Source: Macrostomum hystrix (taxonomy: Eukaryota > Animalia > Platyhelminthes). Taken from it: a stretch of 64,000 bases of DNA. This document shows positions 62,231-64,000 of the stretch, in pieces. The stretch spans positions 2,170,001 to 2,234,000 of the forward strand of contig CATNEN010000002.1 in assembly GCA_950097015.1 (NCBI GenBank). The letters run 5' to 3'. The translations under genes were made by a program, and so were the position numbers. Position 1 is the first letter of the stretch. Each line of letters opens with the position of its first letter. The notes beneath the pieces were generated by a model. It was given only the letters and a program-made list of their open reading frames with translations, was not told the DNA's origin and did not search any database.

Positions 62231-63010
62231 CTTCAACCCAGCTTAATTAGTGTCTCATTAGGAGCTTCATTGCAAAAATCGGCAGTGAGGCTCGTACATC
62301 GTACGAAATTTTCTTCTTCGTAAATAACGGAATAGCTAATCGATGTTGTACCCACAATGGGTACATGGTATTGAATTGCAATATACATTTTTGTTCTATA
62401 TAACCTGATACATTGTCAGAAAAACTTTCTGAAATACCACAAGTGATTTGTTATCGATAACTCTTGTGATTGTGAGAATAACAATCCATGCTGTATATTT
62501 TACAGTATTTTTATCGAGTGGATTAGCGGATGCTAAGCAATGGTAATATTCGAGTTTTCAAGTTCTTTTTCTGTCAAGAAAAGAGTTAATACCCGTAATT
62601 ATACCTGTTTGGAAATTTCCAGTCTGGTAAGAAAGCTTAAAGCGTGGAAAAACACTAGAAATGGTCTGCAAAAAAGAAGTGACTGCTGCGCAAGAAATAC
62701 ATTTCTGAGCAATACGATGACAGCCAATGGCATCGCCAGTGTGGCGCCACTGCAGTATGAGATAGCCCAGACACTGGCGAGCAGACTCGCTTGTTGAGAC
62801 CAGGACAATATGGGCATACTTCCGCGGTCACAAAAAGAGGCTATTTTTCAAACTCTAACTTAATTCTATTGTATTTGTTACTTTTTTGAAGGTGAATCAA
62901 GACGGCTTTTTAGTTGGTCCTTCAAAGTATGCAGCTTTCTGAGCACGTTTTCTGGGGTTTTCGCCTCACGTTGCCGCTCCAGTCGCAGCTAGCCCACCCG
63001 GGACTTTCGA

Positions 63011-63020
63011 GTCTATAAAT
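63011..63020 (+). promoter_or_regulatory. TATA box GTCTATAAAT of peptide gene 3
   Basis: 100 bp upstream of the ATG at 63111; AATAAA at 63450-63455 downstream of the stop. Confidence 0.6.
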
Positions 63021-63110
63021 GGTGACAGTAAGAAGCAGCCCAAAATGTTCTCAAGCCGAGTTTAATAAAGCCCCCTCGAGTCGATCTTCTTCAAAGAAAC
63101 GAAAACGACA

Positions 63111-63332
63111 ATGAAGTGGCAGTTTGCTCTTGGCCTCCTGCTGTGCGTGGCCCTAGCTGTCTACGCCAGCCCAGCTGATCAGAACGACGAAGATGAAGAG
63201 GTCGCCGCCGCCCTCGCCGACATGGCCGAGCCGGCCCAGGCCGATGAGAACGAGGCGCCCGAAGCCAAGTTCCGGTTCCGAGTCCGCAGGCGTCGCCGCT
63301 TCTACCGGGGATACTACTTCTATGGCAAGTAA
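63111..63332 (+). CDS. Secreted prepropeptide 3 (signal + acidic pro + Arg/aromatic peptide), putative antimicrobial peptide, 73 aa
   Basis: MKWQFALGLLLCVALAVYAS-PADQNDEDEEVAAALADMAEPAQADENEAPEAK-FRFRVRRRRRFYRGYYFYGK*; TATA and polyA signal flank it. Confidence 0.88.
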   Translation: MKWQFALGLLLCVALAVYASPADQNDEDEEVAAALADMAEPAQADENEAPEAKFRFRVRRRRRFYRGYYFYGK

Positions 63333-63849
63333 GCATCTCGGACAGCACTATGGACCGACACTGCGACACCTGATCGAACTAACCCAAACAGTGCACAGTA
63401 AACTTAAAAACACTCAGCTACTTCCATTTCTAGGAGTCATATGGCTACTAATAAAGTTCTGAATCAGTCAGATGGTTTACGACCTTTGTACTCGCAGATA
63501 ACATCCTACATTGCTGAGACATTGCATGTGAAACTTACCGATGTAATAAAAAATTGATAAGAAAAATAGCTGGCTTTTAGTCAATAAAATAATTACATAG
63601 TAAATCTGCACTTTCTAATTGATTTTAAGTTCTTTCAGAGTCATATTAAATCTTTGTGACTTGTCGAGCCTTAACTGTAGTAATCCATGATTTGACCTTC
63701 ACCAGCCTAAAAGACGTTGAAGGAGCATCCATGCTATGAAAGAGCATTCTGTTGCTTACGAACAAAAATTATACTCTTATGAAAAAGCATAGAAACTGTA
63801 ACATCCTTTCAAAAATGGAACAAACTGTTTTGTAGGAGAAAACAATAAT

Positions 63850-63912
63850 CAAGACGGTCCCGCTGATGCGCTGTCAGGGGTGCTACAGGGCGACACACTT
63901 GCGCCGTTTCTA
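63850..63912 (+). mobile_element. Non-LTR retrotransposon reverse-transcriptase fragment
   Basis: Translates QDGPADALSGVLQGDTLAPFL, the RT motif GVLQGDTLAP typical of RTE-like LINEs; cut off by the satellite. Confidence 0.6.
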
Positions 63913-64000
63913 TCCGAAACTAAACCCCAATCCGAATCCGAAACTTAACCCCAATCCGAATCCGAAACTTAACCCCTATCTGAATCCGAAACTTAACCCC
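63913..64000. repeat. 24-nt satellite, same family as 56135-58680 (runs off window)
   Basis: TCCGAAACTAAACCCCAATCCGAA units. Confidence 0.9.

Overview
Eukaryotic (metazoan) genomic DNA with GT-AG introns, GC-rich exons and about 18 kb (~28%) of tandem repeats; the style resembles a free-living flatworm such as Macrostomum (inference only). Genes reconstructed by hand: a two-exon rhodopsin-class GPCR (-, 1321-2964), a complete 20-exon TRPN/NOMPC mechanotransduction channel (+, 7178-22778, ~1795 aa), a 15-exon SPATA1 homolog (-, 24665-34020, 472 aa) with an ER/K single-alpha-helix segment, a 3-exon UBE2K (-, 36047-38114, 200 aa) and a single-exon divergent GPCR (+, 47142-48347). The most interesting feature is a tandem cluster of three small intronless secreted-peptide precursors (60258-63332). 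They share an MKWQ signal peptide and a related pro-region but carry very different C-terminal peptides, two of them strongly cationic, as in antimicrobial/defence peptide families. Mobile DNA includes hAT-like and other MITEs, two tRNA-derived SINE families, and mariner, Merlin-like and RT remnants. Most long ORFs in the supplied track are tandem-repeat artefacts. No database search was possible; family assignments rest on recalled motifs.
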